A stretch of 64,000 nt of DNA, from the NCBI GenBank assembly GCA_050261575.1, contig JBLNDL010000058.1, positions 1 to 64,000 on the forward strand. Direction: 5' to 3'. The stretch comes from Sphingomonadaceae bacterium (GTDB taxonomy: Bacteria > Chloroflexota > UBA6077). The notes below the pieces were generated by a model. That model was not told where the DNA came from, searched no databases, and saw only the letters and a list, made by a program, of their open reading frames with translations. The translations under genes were made by a program, and so were the position numbers. Shown in pieces: positions 63,399 through 64,000 of this stretch (position 1 is the stretch's first letter; each line of letters starts with the position of its first letter).

Positions 63399-64000
63399 GC
63401 TACTGAACGTGCTGTACGTCCAGACCCAGGGAGCAGTCCTGCACCTGGACAACGACACCGTGCGCATCGAGATGGAGGGCGAGCCGGCACGCCGCCTCCC
63501 GCTCCTGCGGCTCAGCGCGATCGTGCTGTTCGGGCGGGTCACCGTCACCCCCTTCCTGATCCAGCGCTGCGCGGAGGACGGCCGCACCGTGGTGTGGCTC
63601 GACCACAGAGGCCGCTTCAAGGGCCGGCTGGAGGGCCAGACACGCGGCAACGTCCTGCTCCGCCGGGCCCAGCATCTGGCGCTGTCGGACGCCGGCCACA
63701 CCCTCCGGATCTCCCGCCAAATCGTGGCGGCGAAGATCCAGAACAGCCGCCAGGTGCTGCTCAGGGCCGCGCGGGAATGCGCGGGGTATCCCGACGCGAA
63801 CCCCCTGCGGCAGACGGCCGAGCAGATGGCGTCCATCCTGGAGCGCCTGCGGCAAGGCCGGGACCTTGACGCGGTGCGGGGGGACGAAGGCGAGGCCGCG
63901 CGTGCCTACTTCGGGGTGTTCGGCTACATGGTACGGAGCGACCGGGAGGTGTTCGAGCCCGCGGGTCGAACCCGGAGGCCGCCTCGGGACCGAATGAACG
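63391..64000 (+). CDS. cas1: Cas1 (type I-C), truncated by the window end
   Basis: ATG 63391: MHELLNVLYVQTQGA...GRFKGRLEGQTRGNVLLRRAQH...EGEAARAYF...RTRRPPRDRMN; no stop in the window. Confidence 0.93.
   Translation, partial: MHELLNVLYVQTQGAVLHLDNDTVRIEMEGEPARRLPLLRLSAIVLFGRVTVTPFLIQRCAEDGRTVVWLDHRGRFKGRLEGQTRGNVLLRRAQHLALSDAGHTLRISRQIVAAKIQNSRQVLLRAARECAGYPDANPLRQTAEQMASILERLRQGRDLDAVRGDEGEAARAYFGVFGYMVRSDREVFEPAGRTRRPPRDRMN

Noticed and set aside
1..64000. tRNA/rRNA genes, transposases, integrases, prophage genes
   Set aside because: None recognised; GGTTCGA hits (e.g. near 56 and 48935) lack cloverleaf context.

Overview
GC-rich (visually about two-thirds G+C), gene-dense bacterial chromosome segment. 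The gene repertoire suggests a Chloroflexota-like or other Terrabacteria organism (inference only). In order it holds: an ECF sigma/anti-sigma pair; a DUF4015-type glycoside hydrolase; a DUF815 ATPase; a HAD phosphatase; an MBL hydrolase plus PaoABC/YagTSR-like molybdo-flavoenzyme operon and an aldehyde (succinate-semialdehyde) dehydrogenase; remA-gmk-priA divergent from rqcH; small stress genes; csoR-trxA; a surface-glycosylation cluster (RmlD-like, 2 O-antigen-ligase-like, UXS-like, flippase-like, 3 GT4); two tandem complete sdhCDAB/frd operons; a yitJ-like HMT/MTHFR; ferredoxin; esterase; Fe-ADH; aminotransferase; GT4; glgP; an orphan protein with a PD-(D/E)xK-like motif; GT9; an M16 peptidase; a NEW3-domain ABC system; a GYD protein; and a type I-C CRISPR-Cas operon (cas3-5-8c-7-4-1, cut by the window end, no array visible). 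The most notable non-obvious signals are: five copies of a ~66-bp MITE-like element; a family of GTAG-headed REP-like palindromes, several overlapping stop codons; five sigma54-like (-24/-12) motifs; a 17-bp hairpin that buries the RBS and ATG of the aldehyde dehydrogenase; an internal Cas11c start inside cas8c; and structured leaders around the ferredoxin and yitJ genes. All calls are by eye from motifs; no database searches were run.
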